From the NCBI GenBank assembly GCA_045545475.1, contig JAZQAZ010000008.1, positions 1-64,000 of the forward strand: a stretch of DNA of 64,000 nucleotides, written 5' to 3'. The stretch comes from Clostridia bacterium (lineage in GTDB: Bacteria; Bacillota; Clostridia; CAKSNL01; HGM11501). The notes beneath the pieces were generated by a model. It was not told where the DNA came from. It saw nothing but the letters and a program-made list of their open reading frames with translations, and searched no databases. Positions 1 to 8,809 of this stretch are shown in pieces; positions within the stretch are counted from its first letter, which is position 1, and each line of letters opens with the position of its first letter. Both the position numbers and the translations under genes were made by a program.

Positions 1-141
1 AATAATCTTCCTCTTTGGGAGAGAAGACTTGTTGAAGGTCCTTACATCCACCATGTAACAGAAATTGAAGGAAGTCTTACAAAGGTTTTAGTTGAGACTA
101 TGAAATACTTCCCCGATGTAAAGGTTGAAGTTATTGAATAA
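1..141 (+). CDS. 3' end of L-fucose/L-arabinose isomerase-like protein (runs off window start)
   Basis: Frame 1 reads NNLPLWERRLVEGPYIHHVTEIEG...VEVIE*; W-E-x-x-L-V-x-G-P-Y-I-H-H recalls the C-terminus of clostridial fucose-isomerase-family proteins; lies directly before an aldolase. Confidence 0.55.
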   Translation, partial: NNLPLWERRLVEGPYIHHVTEIEGSLTKVLVETMKYFPDVKVEVIE

Positions 142-151
142 GGAGAAGAAA

Positions 152-973
152 ATGAAATATACATTAAAAGAAATACTTGATCTTGCAGAAAAAGGCGGTT
201 TTGCCGTTCCTGCCTTCAATGTTTACAATCTTGAAACATTAATGGGCGTTGTAAATGCAGTAAAGGAAACAGGTGCTCCCGTTATTGTTCAGATGTACAG
301 CAGACTTTTCAATACCGGTACAGGTAAGTTTATGGCTCCCGTTATACTTGACGTTATGAATGATGTAAAAAGTCCGGTTTGCTTTCATCTTGACCACGGT
401 GCAGGCCTTCCCGAGTGCATAAGAGCTATGCGCTATGGTGCAACCGGCGTTATGATTGATGCATCCACACTTCCTATAGACGAAAATATCGCCGAAACAA
501 AAAAGACCGTGGATATTGCCAAAGAAGCTTCTGTAAGCGTTGAGGGTGAGCTTGGTCACATCGGCTCCACAAAGGACGAGGTGTGGGACTCCTACACAAC
601 AGTAGAGGATGCCGTAAGATATGTTAATGAAACAGGCGTTGACGCTCTTGCAATTATGGTTGGGACAGCTCACGGAAAGTATGCTAAGGCTCCCGTTCTT
701 GCAATTGAAAGAATTGCCGAAATCCATAAAAATACAAAGGCTCACCTTGTTCTTCACGGCGGATCCGGCGTTCCGGATGATCAGATAAAAGCGGCAATTG
801 ATGCAGGTATCAGAAAGATTAATTTCGGTACAGACGTTTGCTGTTCCTTCATTGAAGCATATAAGGGACTTGATCCTTACTCTGCTCCTCTTGACGTGGT
901 TATGGCAAAGGCGAGCGAAGCGGTAAAGGCATTTGCGATTGAAAAAATCAAGCTCCTTGGAGCATGTAAATAA
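152..973 (+). CDS. Class II fructose/tagatose-bisphosphate aldolase family protein
   Basis: AVPAFNV, HLDHG, VEGELGHIG, GTAHG, LVLHGGSG and KINFGT motifs; AGGAG RBS before ATG at 152. Confidence 0.93.
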   Translation: MKYTLKEILDLAEKGGFAVPAFNVYNLETLMGVVNAVKETGAPVIVQMYSRLFNTGTGKFMAPVILDVMNDVKSPVCFHLDHGAGLPECIRAMRYGATGVMIDASTLPIDENIAETKKTVDIAKEASVSVEGELGHIGSTKDEVWDSYTTVEDAVRYVNETGVDALAIMVGTAHGKYAKAPVLAIERIAEIHKNTKAHLVLHGGSGVPDDQIKAAIDAGIRKINFGTDVCCSFIEAYKGLDPYSAPLDVVMAKASEAVKAFAIEKIKLLGACK

Positions 974-975
974 CA

Positions 976-1233
976 TTGATAAAAAGACTCTGCGTTTGTG
1001 TATTTGGTTTTTTAGCAACCTTTATTATATACGGCGAAATAATAAACCCGGCATCCGTTATTATGTGGCATAGTAAAATAAATTGGGATATGATTGAAGC
1101 CGCCTATATTATGGGAATACCGTTTGATTTAATCCATGCACTCGGAACTGCATTTTTCTTGTGGTTTATATCCGAACCTATGATAGATAAGATTGAAAGA
1201 ATTAAAGTTAAATATGGTTTGGTTGAAAGATAG
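976..1233 (+). pseudogene. C-terminal fragment of an ECF transporter S component
   Basis: Hydrophobic segment ending G.PFDLIHA...FFLWFISEPMIDKIERIKVKYGL typical of ECF S-component C-termini; no RBS or N-terminus; begins 2 nt after the aldolase stop. Confidence 0.65.
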
Positions 1234-1247
1234 CCATAAATAAGTAA

Positions 1248-1282
1248 AAGCACGAAAGTTGAAATATCATACTTTCGTGCTT
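1248..1282. terminator. Hairpin, probable bidirectional terminator
   Basis: AAGCACGAAAGT / ACTTTCGTGCTT perfect 12 bp stem between convergent gene ends. Confidence 0.65.
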
Positions 1283-1285
1283 GTT

Positions 1286-1516
1286 TTATTTTAGATTTAT
1301 AATATTGAGTTCTTCTTTTCTTGCATAATCAAATGCTATTCTTGTTCCGCTTTTGGGTTGATAATACATACTATCCTTCAAAAATGATAGATGCAGGAAA
1401 AGCAGCTTATGTAGAGCGAAATTACGAAATGATAAATAATAGCAGGTATTGTAGATGTTATTATGATGAAAATTATATGCCACCAAGACGAAAAAACAGT
1501 AGAAGAGATTTAACAG
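1286..1516. pseudogene. Scrambled remnant of a small SLOG/DUF1273-like hypothetical gene; two pieces in opposite orientation
   Basis: Plus 1366-1516 encodes TYYP...AGKAAYVERNYEMI...YYDENYMPPRRKNSRRDLT; minus 1365-1286 encodes YQPKSGTRIAFDYARK...IINLK*; the two join in frame as RRDLT-D-YQPKSGT. Confidence 0.6.
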
Positions 1517-1853
1517 TACATAATGATCCGTATAGCTCTGAATATTTCTAAATTTAGTATATAGTTAAGTCTGAACCTCGGAGAAAAATCCGGGGTTCTT
1601 TTTTGGAAAAAATTAATAAACTGATTAGATTTGTGATTTTTAAATCGTTATTAACTAATGAAGACACTCCAAACGTTCCTTGAAAATTTAATATAATCCT
1701 CCGCAAATGATACAGGTTATTGGATAGTATGCTAAGAAAAGAGCGTGCCCGGTTTGAAATTTACATAGTAAAGCCTGATAATACATGGTCTATACGAGCA
1801 TAGGAACTGTTGCGGAGTGATTAGCAAATAATTTTATTAGGAGGGTATATGAA

Positions 1854-2077
1854 ATGGCTAATGATATACTTTATACAGTAAAGAAGTTTCAGAAATTATA
1901 CATACTAATAAAGCTTATGTATATGAACTAATTAAGGCGGGGTTGCTGCCGGCATTGAAACTGGGTTCGTATAAAATAAGAAAAGAAACACTTGAAATTT
2001 TTTTGAAAGACCACGAAGGGTATGACCTGACAGATCCAAATGATATTGTCAAGATAACAGTAAATAATACTGAATAA
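1854..2077 (+). pseudogene. Excisionase-like HTH DNA-binding protein with one frameshift
   Basis: AGGAGG RBS; restoring one base near 1880 gives MANDILYTVKEVSEIIHTNKAYVYELIKAGLLPALKLGSYKIRKETLEIFLKDHEGYDLTDP...; LYTVKEV and L.A.K.G...I are typical Xis motifs. Confidence 0.75.
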
Positions 2078-2085
2078 CAATATGG

Positions 2086-2133
2086 TTTTGACACTCAGGT
2101 ATGTACCCTTTGCTTTTGTCACCATTTTGACAC
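2086..2133 (+). repeat. Three TTTTG(A/T)CAC direct repeats, candidate integrase arm-type sites
   Basis: TTTTGACAC 2086-2094, TTTTGTCAC 2114-2122, TTTTGACAC 2125-2133, between the xis remnant and the putative att site. Confidence 0.5.
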
Positions 2134-2282
2134 CCCAAATTGCTGTAAAGTTAAATTATTCGAAGTTACAATAAATAAAAGGATGTACTGAGTAATCGGG
2201 TAAATGGGCGACAATAGCCCATTTTATCGGGGTTTGCAGGTTATAATGAGTAACAATAAGGAACAAAAAGATTTCGCAAATT

Positions 2283-2354
2283 GGAAACGGTAACAACCCC
2301 ATGGTTGGTATGACCGTTGCTGTTGCAGTTGCTATCGAAGAAGCTTGCAAATAA
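2283..2354 (+). mobile_element. Putative att junction: displaced 3' end of the GGGtGRT-family gene
   Basis: Encodes GNGNNPMVGMTVAVAVAIEEACK*, recognised as the GGGtGRT protein C-terminus, with no upstream coding sequence; adjacent to xis and arm-like repeats. Confidence 0.65.
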
Positions 2355-2550
2355 TTCTCAGAATTATTTGCAATGAAATTTGCCTTTGCAAATGAAATTC
2401 GCCCCGCGATTGAAATGTTAAAACATAAAATGCACCGCTGAACTGTTGTTCTGCGGTGCATAATCATATGGGGCAAATTTTATTTCATTTGGATCAAAGC
2501 GAACATATTTCATGACTGAAGGTCATTTCAAGTACGAAGTACATTTCACG
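2345..2550. repeat. REP/BIME-like palindromic intergenic element
   Basis: 14 bp perfect inverted repeat 2345-2373; TGAAAT x3 on the left, ATTTCA x4 on the right; central ATGCACCGC/GCGGTGCAT stem 2430-2461; mini-hairpins such as GTAC-GAA-GTAC. Confidence 0.55.
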
Positions 2551-2630
2551 AAAAACAATGCGCAAACATTGGCAGACCGCAAGTGACAGAGGAAGATATT
2601 CCTACATACTTTTGAAAAATTGATAAAAGT

Positions 2631-2656
2631 AAATATCCACCCGTTGGTGGATATTT
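2631..2656 (-). terminator. Intrinsic terminator after the XRE gene
   Basis: AAATATCCACC-CGTT-GGTGGATATTT hairpin right after the stop. Confidence 0.65.
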
Positions 2657-2657
2657 T

Positions 2658-2861
2658 TTATGCCTTAAATTCTCTCTCAACCAAATAGTCTAATGTTACC
2701 TTATAAAGATCCGCAAGCTTGATTGCCGCCCAAAGGGGAAGCTCACGCTCGCCACGTTCATACCTCTGATAAACTGTAAGCTGCATATTTAATAACTCTG
2801 CAATTTCTTTCTGAGTTTTATCGTTGTCCTCTCTTAAATCCCGCACACGTCTATAAAACAT
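2658..2861 (-). CDS. XRE/Cro-C1 family HTH transcriptional regulator
   Basis: 67 aa, RVRDLREDNDKTQKEIAELL...YQRYERGERELP...LADLYKVTLDYLV; AAAGGTGG RBS. Confidence 0.92.
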   Translation of the reverse strand: MFYRRVRDLREDNDKTQKEIAELLNMQLTVYQRYERGERELPLWAAIKLADLYKVTLDYLVEREFKA

Positions 2862-2908
2862 AATTTCATACCACCTTTATATTAGTGTATGAAATTATTA
2901 TATAAAAA

Positions 2909-2952
2909 AACACCGTTTGGTGTTGACAAATAACACCAAACGGTGTTATAAT
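2909..2952 (+). promoter_or_regulatory. SigA-type promoter overlapped by two palindromic operators
   Basis: TTGACA 2923-2928, 18 bp spacer, TGnTATAAT ending 2952; AACACCGTTTGGTGTT (2909-2924) and its exact reverse complement AACACCAAACGGTGTT (2932-2947). Confidence 0.8.
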
Positions 2953-2983
2953 ACTGATAACTATAAATGAAAGGATGGTATAT

Positions 2984-3787
2984 ATGAAAAAAATATTTTG
3001 TTTGCTTTTAGTGGTAGGTATGCTTTTATCAGGGAATATAGCAGAAGTTTGTGCCGGAGGGGTTATCATGTATTCTTTGGATGGCAGAACTTGCGTTGTA
3101 AATGAATCTGAAGTTTATGCTTACAAGATGGTTGGATGGTACAATGGAAAACCTGTAACAATGTATTCGGATGACGGCAGAGCAATTATTGTGGGGGAAA
3201 GAGAAATAAGCGATTATGAAAAGGTCGGTTGGCACTACAAAGTTACTATGTACGCTCCTGATGGCAGAACAGCAGAAGTCCCCTATGCTGATGTACAAGC
3301 ATGGAAAAACGTCGGATGGTATACGGAGCCTGTTGTGGTGATGTATTCTTTGGATGGCAGAACGGTAACTATAGCAGAGTCGGAGATTGAAGCGTATAAA
3401 GCTGTCGGCTGGTATACAGAAGAAATGTATAATGCATATTATTTTTATCCTACAGATGTCATTTCGGAAAAAGTTCCTAGGTTTGATATAGCGGTGGGAG
3501 GAACGTTATATAATGAGGAGGCTCCGTCAGATTCAAAAAGTTCTCCTGATTATTGGTATAGAGCCGATTTTGAAAAAGCAAGAGCGTATCAAAATTTATT
3601 GAAGAACTCTGGATGGGAACAAGATGGATTGACTGATTTTAATTATGAAACAAAAATAGTTAATAATACTGTGAAGAAATCTGCAAGATCGTTTAGTGTT
3701 TTCTTTGTAAAAGGAAAGGTTAAGTTACATTTTTATTATTCATACAAAACAGGGAATGTATGCGTAAGCTATTATAACAGGTATTGA
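2984..3787 (+). CDS. Secreted protein with four ~31 aa MYSxDGRT...VGWY repeats
   Basis: Signal-peptide-like MKKIFCLLLVVGMLLSG; four tandem repeats visible in protein and DNA; unrelated C-terminal domain. Confidence 0.8.
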   Translation: MKKIFCLLLVVGMLLSGNIAEVCAGGVIMYSLDGRTCVVNESEVYAYKMVGWYNGKPVTMYSDDGRAIIVGEREISDYEKVGWHYKVTMYAPDGRTAEVPYADVQAWKNVGWYTEPVVVMYSLDGRTVTIAESEIEAYKAVGWYTEEMYNAYYFYPTDVISEKVPRFDIAVGGTLYNEEAPSDSKSSPDYWYRADFEKARAYQNLLKNSGWEQDGLTDFNYETKIVNNTVKKSARSFSVFFVKGKVKLHFYYSYKTGNVCVSYYNRY

Positions 3788-3921
3788 TAAGGTTTTTCAC
3801 AAATGTTTAACTTGGGGGAGGGCTTTTTTGCCCTCCCGTTTTCATATGGTTTATGTATTTTTTTGATGGTGTGTCAGCAAGGAGAGAGGAAATCCGCTCT
3901 TTCTATGTTGACAGCGATAAA

Positions 3922-3956
3922 ACAAAAAACACCACCCATCGGGTGGTGTTTTTTGT
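3922..3956. terminator. Bidirectional intrinsic terminator
   Basis: ACAAAAAACACCACCC-ATC-GGGTGGTGTTTTTTGT between convergent genes. Confidence 0.75.
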
Positions 3957-3960
3957 ATCT

Positions 3961-5274
3961 TTATCCCTCGATACCGTCGGGAATTTCTATCTTTCTTGGT
4001 TTAATTTTCTTTAATACCTGTTTGTCTAAATAGATTATAAGAAGCACTGTTGCAAGGCAGGCGATTAATGATAAAAACTGCTGTGCATAAATGGTCAATC
4101 CGAAAATCTTTCCGCCAAGAACCTGATGATGCTGAAGCTTTTTGAAAATGGGAGTCATTAAAAGTGTTGTTAAAAAGCCGCATATTCCGTAAATCGTCTG
4201 CTTTACGGCAAGTGCATCGCTCCTCTTGTCAGGATCGACATAGTCGTATATAAGATTAATTTCGCCGGAGTTTATTCCGCCCATTGCCGCAGCCTGAAGT
4301 ACGGAATAGATGGGGAAGACGATAAAACCATTAGACGGGTTACAGAAGGCGGCAACAAGGAAAGAAAGCGCTGCAATACCGTAGCATATTTTAAGCATTT
4401 TCGCAAAGGAATATCTGTCCGCATACTTTCCGAAAACGAAGGAGCAGGGAATACGGGATGCCGCATTTAAGATTGAAATTACGGTTATGAAAATCATGGG
4501 GAAGCCAAGCTCTTTAACCTGATATGTACCAAAGAAGGAAACAACGATGTGGTTTGAAATTGTCCAGAAAACGCTGGTCATAATAACCTTTACAATGTCA
4601 CGGTTGGTTAAAATGTTCTTAAAGCGTGTAACGGTGGGAGTGGGCTTTGTATTTGTTACAATGGGTTCTTCTTCTTTTGCAAATGCAATTGAAAGCGTGT
4701 GAGAAACCATTAAAACAAAAATAGTAATTGCACAGATAACGAAAGCCATTTTCATATTTTCGGCTTCTTCGTAATAGTCTATGACAAGTCCCATTATAAA
4801 CTGGAAAACAAAACCGGAAACTAAAGAAACCGCTTCCTTGACGGAAGTGAATATTCCTCGTTTATTGTCAGCCACCTGACGCATATAAAGCCCTGTTTTA
4901 GGCGCGAAAATGATATTTGAAATAAAGTAACCGCTTAAAAGGAAAATGATGAATAGACCTGTTTTAAGCGTTCTTCTGAAGTTGAAGAAGGGAACTAAGT
5001 ATAAAGCCATAAAGCACAGCTGATTTATTATGTGCATTACGGTAACCTTCCACTTTACTCTTTTTCCGCTTTTGAAAAAAGCAATTGATAAAAGCTGAAA
5101 GCCATATCCTAATGCAACAAAGGATGAAAGGATTGCGGTTAAGCTGTCAGAAAAGCCTAAATTGGTTGTAAGCTTTGCAAGATAGGCACCGGTAATTAAA
5201 ATGGAAATGAGATATTCAAGACCTGCTTCTGCTATATATAAAACATTTGTTTTGTTAAATAAATTTTTAAACAT
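3961..5274 (-). CDS. MFS transporter
   Basis: About 12 hydrophobic segments; FGKYADRYS motif-A-like loop; GGAGG RBS before ATG at 5274. Confidence 0.85.
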   Translation of the reverse strand: MFKNLFNKTNVLYIAEAGLEYLISILITGAYLAKLTTNLGFSDSLTAILSSFVALGYGFQLLSIAFFKSGKRVKWKVTVMHIINQLCFMALYLVPFFNFRRTLKTGLFIIFLLSGYFISNIIFAPKTGLYMRQVADNKRGIFTSVKEAVSLVSGFVFQFIMGLVIDYYEEAENMKMAFVICAITIFVLMVSHTLSIAFAKEEEPIVTNTKPTPTVTRFKNILTNRDIVKVIMTSVFWTISNHIVVSFFGTYQVKELGFPMIFITVISILNAASRIPCSFVFGKYADRYSFAKMLKICYGIAALSFLVAAFCNPSNGFIVFPIYSVLQAAAMGGINSGEINLIYDYVDPDKRSDALAVKQTIYGICGFLTTLLMTPIFKKLQHHQVLGGKIFGLTIYAQQFLSLIACLATVLLIIYLDKQVLKKIKPRKIEIPDGIEG

Positions 5275-5360
5275 TTCGTCGCCTCCGAAAGGTATTATAT
5301 TGCCCGGGAAATTAAAAGTCAACAACTATTGAAATGAAAGTCTTTCGAAAATGAAAAATA

Positions 5361-5391
5361 AAAAAATTCTGTCCATAGGACAGAATTTTTT
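5361..5391 (-). terminator. Terminator after argH
   Basis: AAAAAATTCTGTCC-ATA-GGACAGAATTTTTT. Confidence 0.75.
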
Positions 5392-5401
5392 GCTTGCTTT
5401 T

Positions 5402-6778
5402 TTATAATTTTTCGACAAAAGCTTTTGCTTTTTCAACTGCATTGCGGGCAAGACCGGGAGCACCCAAGGTTTTTCTTTCCTTTACGCAGGTGGTAAGGGA
5501 AATTGCCTCGTAAAAGTCTTCCTCAATAATTTCGGAAAAGCCCTTAAGTACGGATAGGGGAATGTCATCAAGTGCCGAGGACTGCGTGATTGCATAAGCA
5601 ACCATTTTGCCGATTACGGCGTGGGCATCACGGAAGGGCATACCTTTTTTTACAAGATAGTCAGCCGCATCCGTTGCATTGGTGTAACCGCCCGAAGCTC
5701 CCTTTTCCATGTTTTCCTTTTTAACAGTCATTGTGTCAATCATATCGGTGAAAACAGGAAGGCAAAGTTTAACGGTGTCAACAGCATCGAAAATCGCTTC
5801 CTTATCTTCCTGCATATCCTTGTTGTAGGCAAGAGGAATACCTTTCATCATAACAAGAAGAGTGGTTAAATCACCGTATACACGGCCGGTTTTTCCTCGG
5901 ATCAATTCTGCAACATCGGGATTTTTCTTCTGAGGCATAATACTGCTTCCTGTGGAGTGAGTGTCAGCCATTTCAACGAAGGAAAATTCGTGGCTGCTCC
6001 AGAGGATAAGCTCCTCGGAAAAGCGGGATAAGTGCATCATAATTATGGAAAGGCTTGATGCCAGCTCAATTGCAAAATCACGGTCGGATACGCCGTCGAG
6101 GGAGTTTTCGCAAACGCCGTCAAAGCCTAAGAGGGATGCGGTAAATTCTCTGTCAAGGTCATAGGTTGTGCCGGCAAGAGCTCCGGAGCCTAAGGGTGAG
6201 AAGTTCATTCTCTTAAGGGCATCGGAGAGTCTTCCGAGGTCGCGCTTAAACATCTCATAGTATGCAAGAAGGTGATGTGCAAAGTTTATGGGCTGTGCCT
6301 TCTGAAGATGGGTATAGCCGGGCATGATGGTTTCTGTATGTTCGTCTGCAAGCTTTACAAGCACTTTCAGAAGATTTTTAAGCATATAGGTAATTTCTGT
6401 GCCTTCAGATCTTAAATAAAGACGGATGTCGAGAGCAACCTGGTCATTACGGCTTCTGCCTGTGTGAAGACGCTTTCCCACCTGACCGATTCTGTCGGTT
6501 AAAATCTTTTCAATATTCATATGTATGTCTTCAGCATCAATTAAAAATTCAACCTTACCCTCGTCAATATCAACCTTTATTTCCTTTAAGGTCTTAACGA
6601 TTAACTCAGCATCTTCGGCGGGAATAATTCCCTGCTTTCCCAGCATAGTTGCGTGGGCGATGCTTCCTTCAATGTCAGATGCATACATTCTTTGGTCAAA
6701 GCGGATGGAGGAGTTGAAATCGTCCACCTTTTTATCGGTTTTGGCACTGAAACGGCCACCCCATAATTTTTCTTCCAT
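5402..6778 (-). CDS. argH: Argininosuccinate lyase
   Basis: [35 protein letters not shown] signatures. Confidence 0.97.
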   Translation of the reverse strand: MEEKLWGGRFSAKTDKKVDDFNSSIRFDQRMYASDIEGSIAHATMLGKQGIIPAEDAELIVKTLKEIKVDIDEGKVEFLIDAEDIHMNIEKILTDRIGQVGKRLHTGRSRNDQVALDIRLYLRSEGTEITYMLKNLLKVLVKLADEHTETIMPGYTHLQKAQPINFAHHLLAYYEMFKRDLGRLSDALKRMNFSPLGSGALAGTTYDLDREFTASLLGFDGVCENSLDGVSDRDFAIELASSLSIIMMHLSRFSEELILWSSHEFSFVEMADTHSTGSSIMPQKKNPDVAELIRGKTGRVYGDLTTLLVMMKGIPLAYNKDMQEDKEAIFDAVDTVKLCLPVFTDMIDTMTVKKENMEKGASGGYTNATDAADYLVKKGMPFRDAHAVIGKMVAYAITQSSALDDIPLSVLKGFSEIIEEDFYEAISLTTCVKERKTLGAPGLARNAVEKAKAFVEKL

Positions 6779-6835
6779 AATATCAGCCTTTCTGAAAATA
6801 AGGGTGCACCGAGTGGTACACCCTTAAGCGTTTTA

Positions 6836-8059
6836 TTATTTGTTTTCCTTGTTTGCTTTTTCCATCATCATAGCACGAACCTTTAAGGGAAGACCGAAGA
6901 GGTTTATGAAGCCTTCAGCATCCTTGTGGCTGTAAAGGTCCTTACTGTCGCCGAAGCTTGCGATATCTTCGTTGTATAAGGAGTAGGGGCTCTTAGCACC
7001 TGCAGGTGTAATGCTTCCCTTGTAGAGCATAAGACGAACTTCACCTGTAACTGTTTCCTGAGTGGAATCAACGAAAGCGGAAAGTGCTTCACGAAGAGGT
7101 GTAAACCAGTTACCGTCATATACAAGCTCGGAGAACTTAACAGCTGCCTGAGCCTTGAAGCTCTGTGTCTGTCTGTCGAGGCAGAGATATTCAAGTTCCT
7201 TATGAGCTGCATAAAGGATGGAACCGCCGGGAGTTTCGTAAACACCACGGGATTTCATACCAACAAGTCTGTCTTCAACGATATCAACAAGACCTACGCC
7301 GTAAGCACCGCCGATTTCGTTAAGCTTTTCAACTAGCTGGACGGGACCTAACTTTTCACCGTCAACTGCTACGGGAACACCTTTTTCGAAGTTGATTGTA
7401 ACATACTTAGGCTCATCGGGTGTCTTCATGGGAGGTACGGTAAGCTTTAAGAGGTTATCGTACTGAGGCATATTTGCAGGATCCTCAAGATCCATGCCTT
7501 CGTGGCTGATGTGCCAGATGTTTCTGTCTCGGGAATAAAGGTCAGACTTTGTAACAGGAATTTCAATTCCGCGTGCTTCTGCATAGTCAATTGCATCTTC
7601 TCTTGATTTGATGTCCCAGATTCTCCAGGGAGCGATAATCTTAAGGTCGGGAGCAAGAGCTTTTACTGTAAGCTCGAAACGAACCTGGTCATTACCCTTA
7701 CCTGTAGCACCGTGGCAGATTGCAACTGCACCTTCCTTACGTGCAATCTCAACAAGTCTCTTTGCAATAATGGGACGAGCGTGAGATGTACCAAGGAGAT
7801 ACTTACCTTCGTAAACCGCACCTGCTTTAAGTGTGGGGAAGATAAAGTCACGAACATATTCTTCTCTTAAATCTTCTAAGTAAAGCTTTGATGCACCGCT
7901 CTTTAATGCACGCTCCTCAAGGCCTTCTGTTTCCTTACCCTGTCCAACGTCACCGCATACGCAGATTACATCGTAGCCGTAATTTTCTTTAAGCCATGAA
8001 ATGATGATTGATGTATCGAGACCACCCGAATACGCCAATATAACTTTTTCTTTTTCCAT
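6836..8059 (-). CDS. argG: Argininosuccinate synthase
   Basis: [34 protein letters not shown]. Confidence 0.97.
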   Translation of the reverse strand: MEKEKVILAYSGGLDTSIIISWLKENYGYDVICVCGDVGQGKETEGLEERALKSGASKLYLEDLREEYVRDFIFPTLKAGAVYEGKYLLGTSHARPIIAKRLVEIARKEGAVAICHGATGKGNDQVRFELTVKALAPDLKIIAPWRIWDIKSREDAIDYAEARGIEIPVTKSDLYSRDRNIWHISHEGMDLEDPANMPQYDNLLKLTVPPMKTPDEPKYVTINFEKGVPVAVDGEKLGPVQLVEKLNEIGGAYGVGLVDIVEDRLVGMKSRGVYETPGGSILYAAHKELEYLCLDRQTQSFKAQAAVKFSELVYDGNWFTPLREALSAFVDSTQETVTGEVRLMLYKGSITPAGAKSPYSLYNEDIASFGDSKDLYSHKDAEGFINLFGLPLKVRAMMMEKANKENK

Positions 8060-8245
8060 CTTGAAATTCCTCCCAAATGTGGTATAATATATTTGTGTGC
8101 TTATTGGTCATATCAAATGACCGATTTGCTATATACTATTATACACATATTGGTGAATAAATCAAGTGTTTTATGCAAAAATATTTCCAACAATTTATAA
8201 AAATGCAAAACTTGCACATTAAACATCAGTAAAAATGGGATTCTG

Positions 8246-8263
8246 TTTGTATAAATATACATA
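8246..8263. promoter_or_regulatory. Candidate ArgR (ARG) box
   Basis: TTTGTATAAATATACATA fits WNTGNATWWWWATNCANW and lies upstream of argG. Confidence 0.55.
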
Positions 8264-8300
8264 AACGGTGTAAATTAATGAAAGAAACGGTAAAAAAATA

Positions 8301-8798
8301 ATGATTATACTAGGAATTGACCCGGGAATCGCCATTGTGGGAACCGGGGTTATACAGTATGAAAACAATAAATTTAAGGTGCTTTATTACGATGCTGTAA
8401 CTACAAAGGCACATACACCTTTGGAGGAGAGGATAAAGCTTGTATACGAAGGTGTCGGACAGCTTATGGATTATTATAAGCCGGATGCACTTTCGATGGA
8501 AGAACTTTTCTTTAACAACAATGCCAAAACTGCATTTTCCGTAGGTCAGGCAAGAGGAGTTATCCTACTTGCGGCGGCAAATAGAAACATTCCCATTTTC
8601 TCATATACGCCCCTTCAGATAAAACAGGCAATTACCGGATACGGCAGGGCGGATAAAAACCAGGTACAGCAGATGGTAAAGTCCTTCCTTAATTTAAGGG
8701 CTGTGCCCAAGCCCGATGACGTGGCGGACGCTCTTGCGATTGCTGTGTGTCACGCTCATTCCTATGGATTTAACTCACTTTTAGATAAGTATAAATAA
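8301..8798 (+). CDS. ruvC: Holliday junction resolvase RuvC
   Basis: ILGIDPG, EELFFNNN, GQARGV, PDDVADALAIA. Confidence 0.96.
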   Translation: MIILGIDPGIAIVGTGVIQYENNKFKVLYYDAVTTKAHTPLEERIKLVYEGVGQLMDYYKPDALSMEELFFNNNAKTAFSVGQARGVILLAAANRNIPIFSYTPLQIKQAITGYGRADKNQVQQMVKSFLNLRAVPKPDDVADALAIAVCHAHSYGFNSLLDKYK

Positions 8799-8809
8799 GG
8801 AGATTTGTT

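Noticed and set aside
239-1018. 259 aa minus-strand ORF and the many similar antisense or alternative-frame ORFs in the track (e.g. 52346-52942, 60930-61340, 63173-63490)
   Set aside because: They shadow well-supported genes and have no RBS or recognisable motifs
2156-2476. 106 aa minus-strand ORF containing SSIATATATVIPTMGLLP
   Set aside because: It is the antisense reading of the GGGtGRT 3' end plus the palindromic repeat
2568-2615. IGRPQVTEEDIPTYF* resembling the GRP linker of serine resolvases
   Set aside because: Only 15 codons; cannot be distinguished from chance without a search
3068-3420. Periodic ~90 bp DNA repeats, considered as a CRISPR array
   Set aside because: In-frame coding repeats with synonymous divergence; no constant repeat/unique spacer pattern and no cas genes
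3803-4033. 76 aa plus-strand ORF
   Set aside because: Runs through two terminator-like hairpins and into the MFS gene end; no RBS
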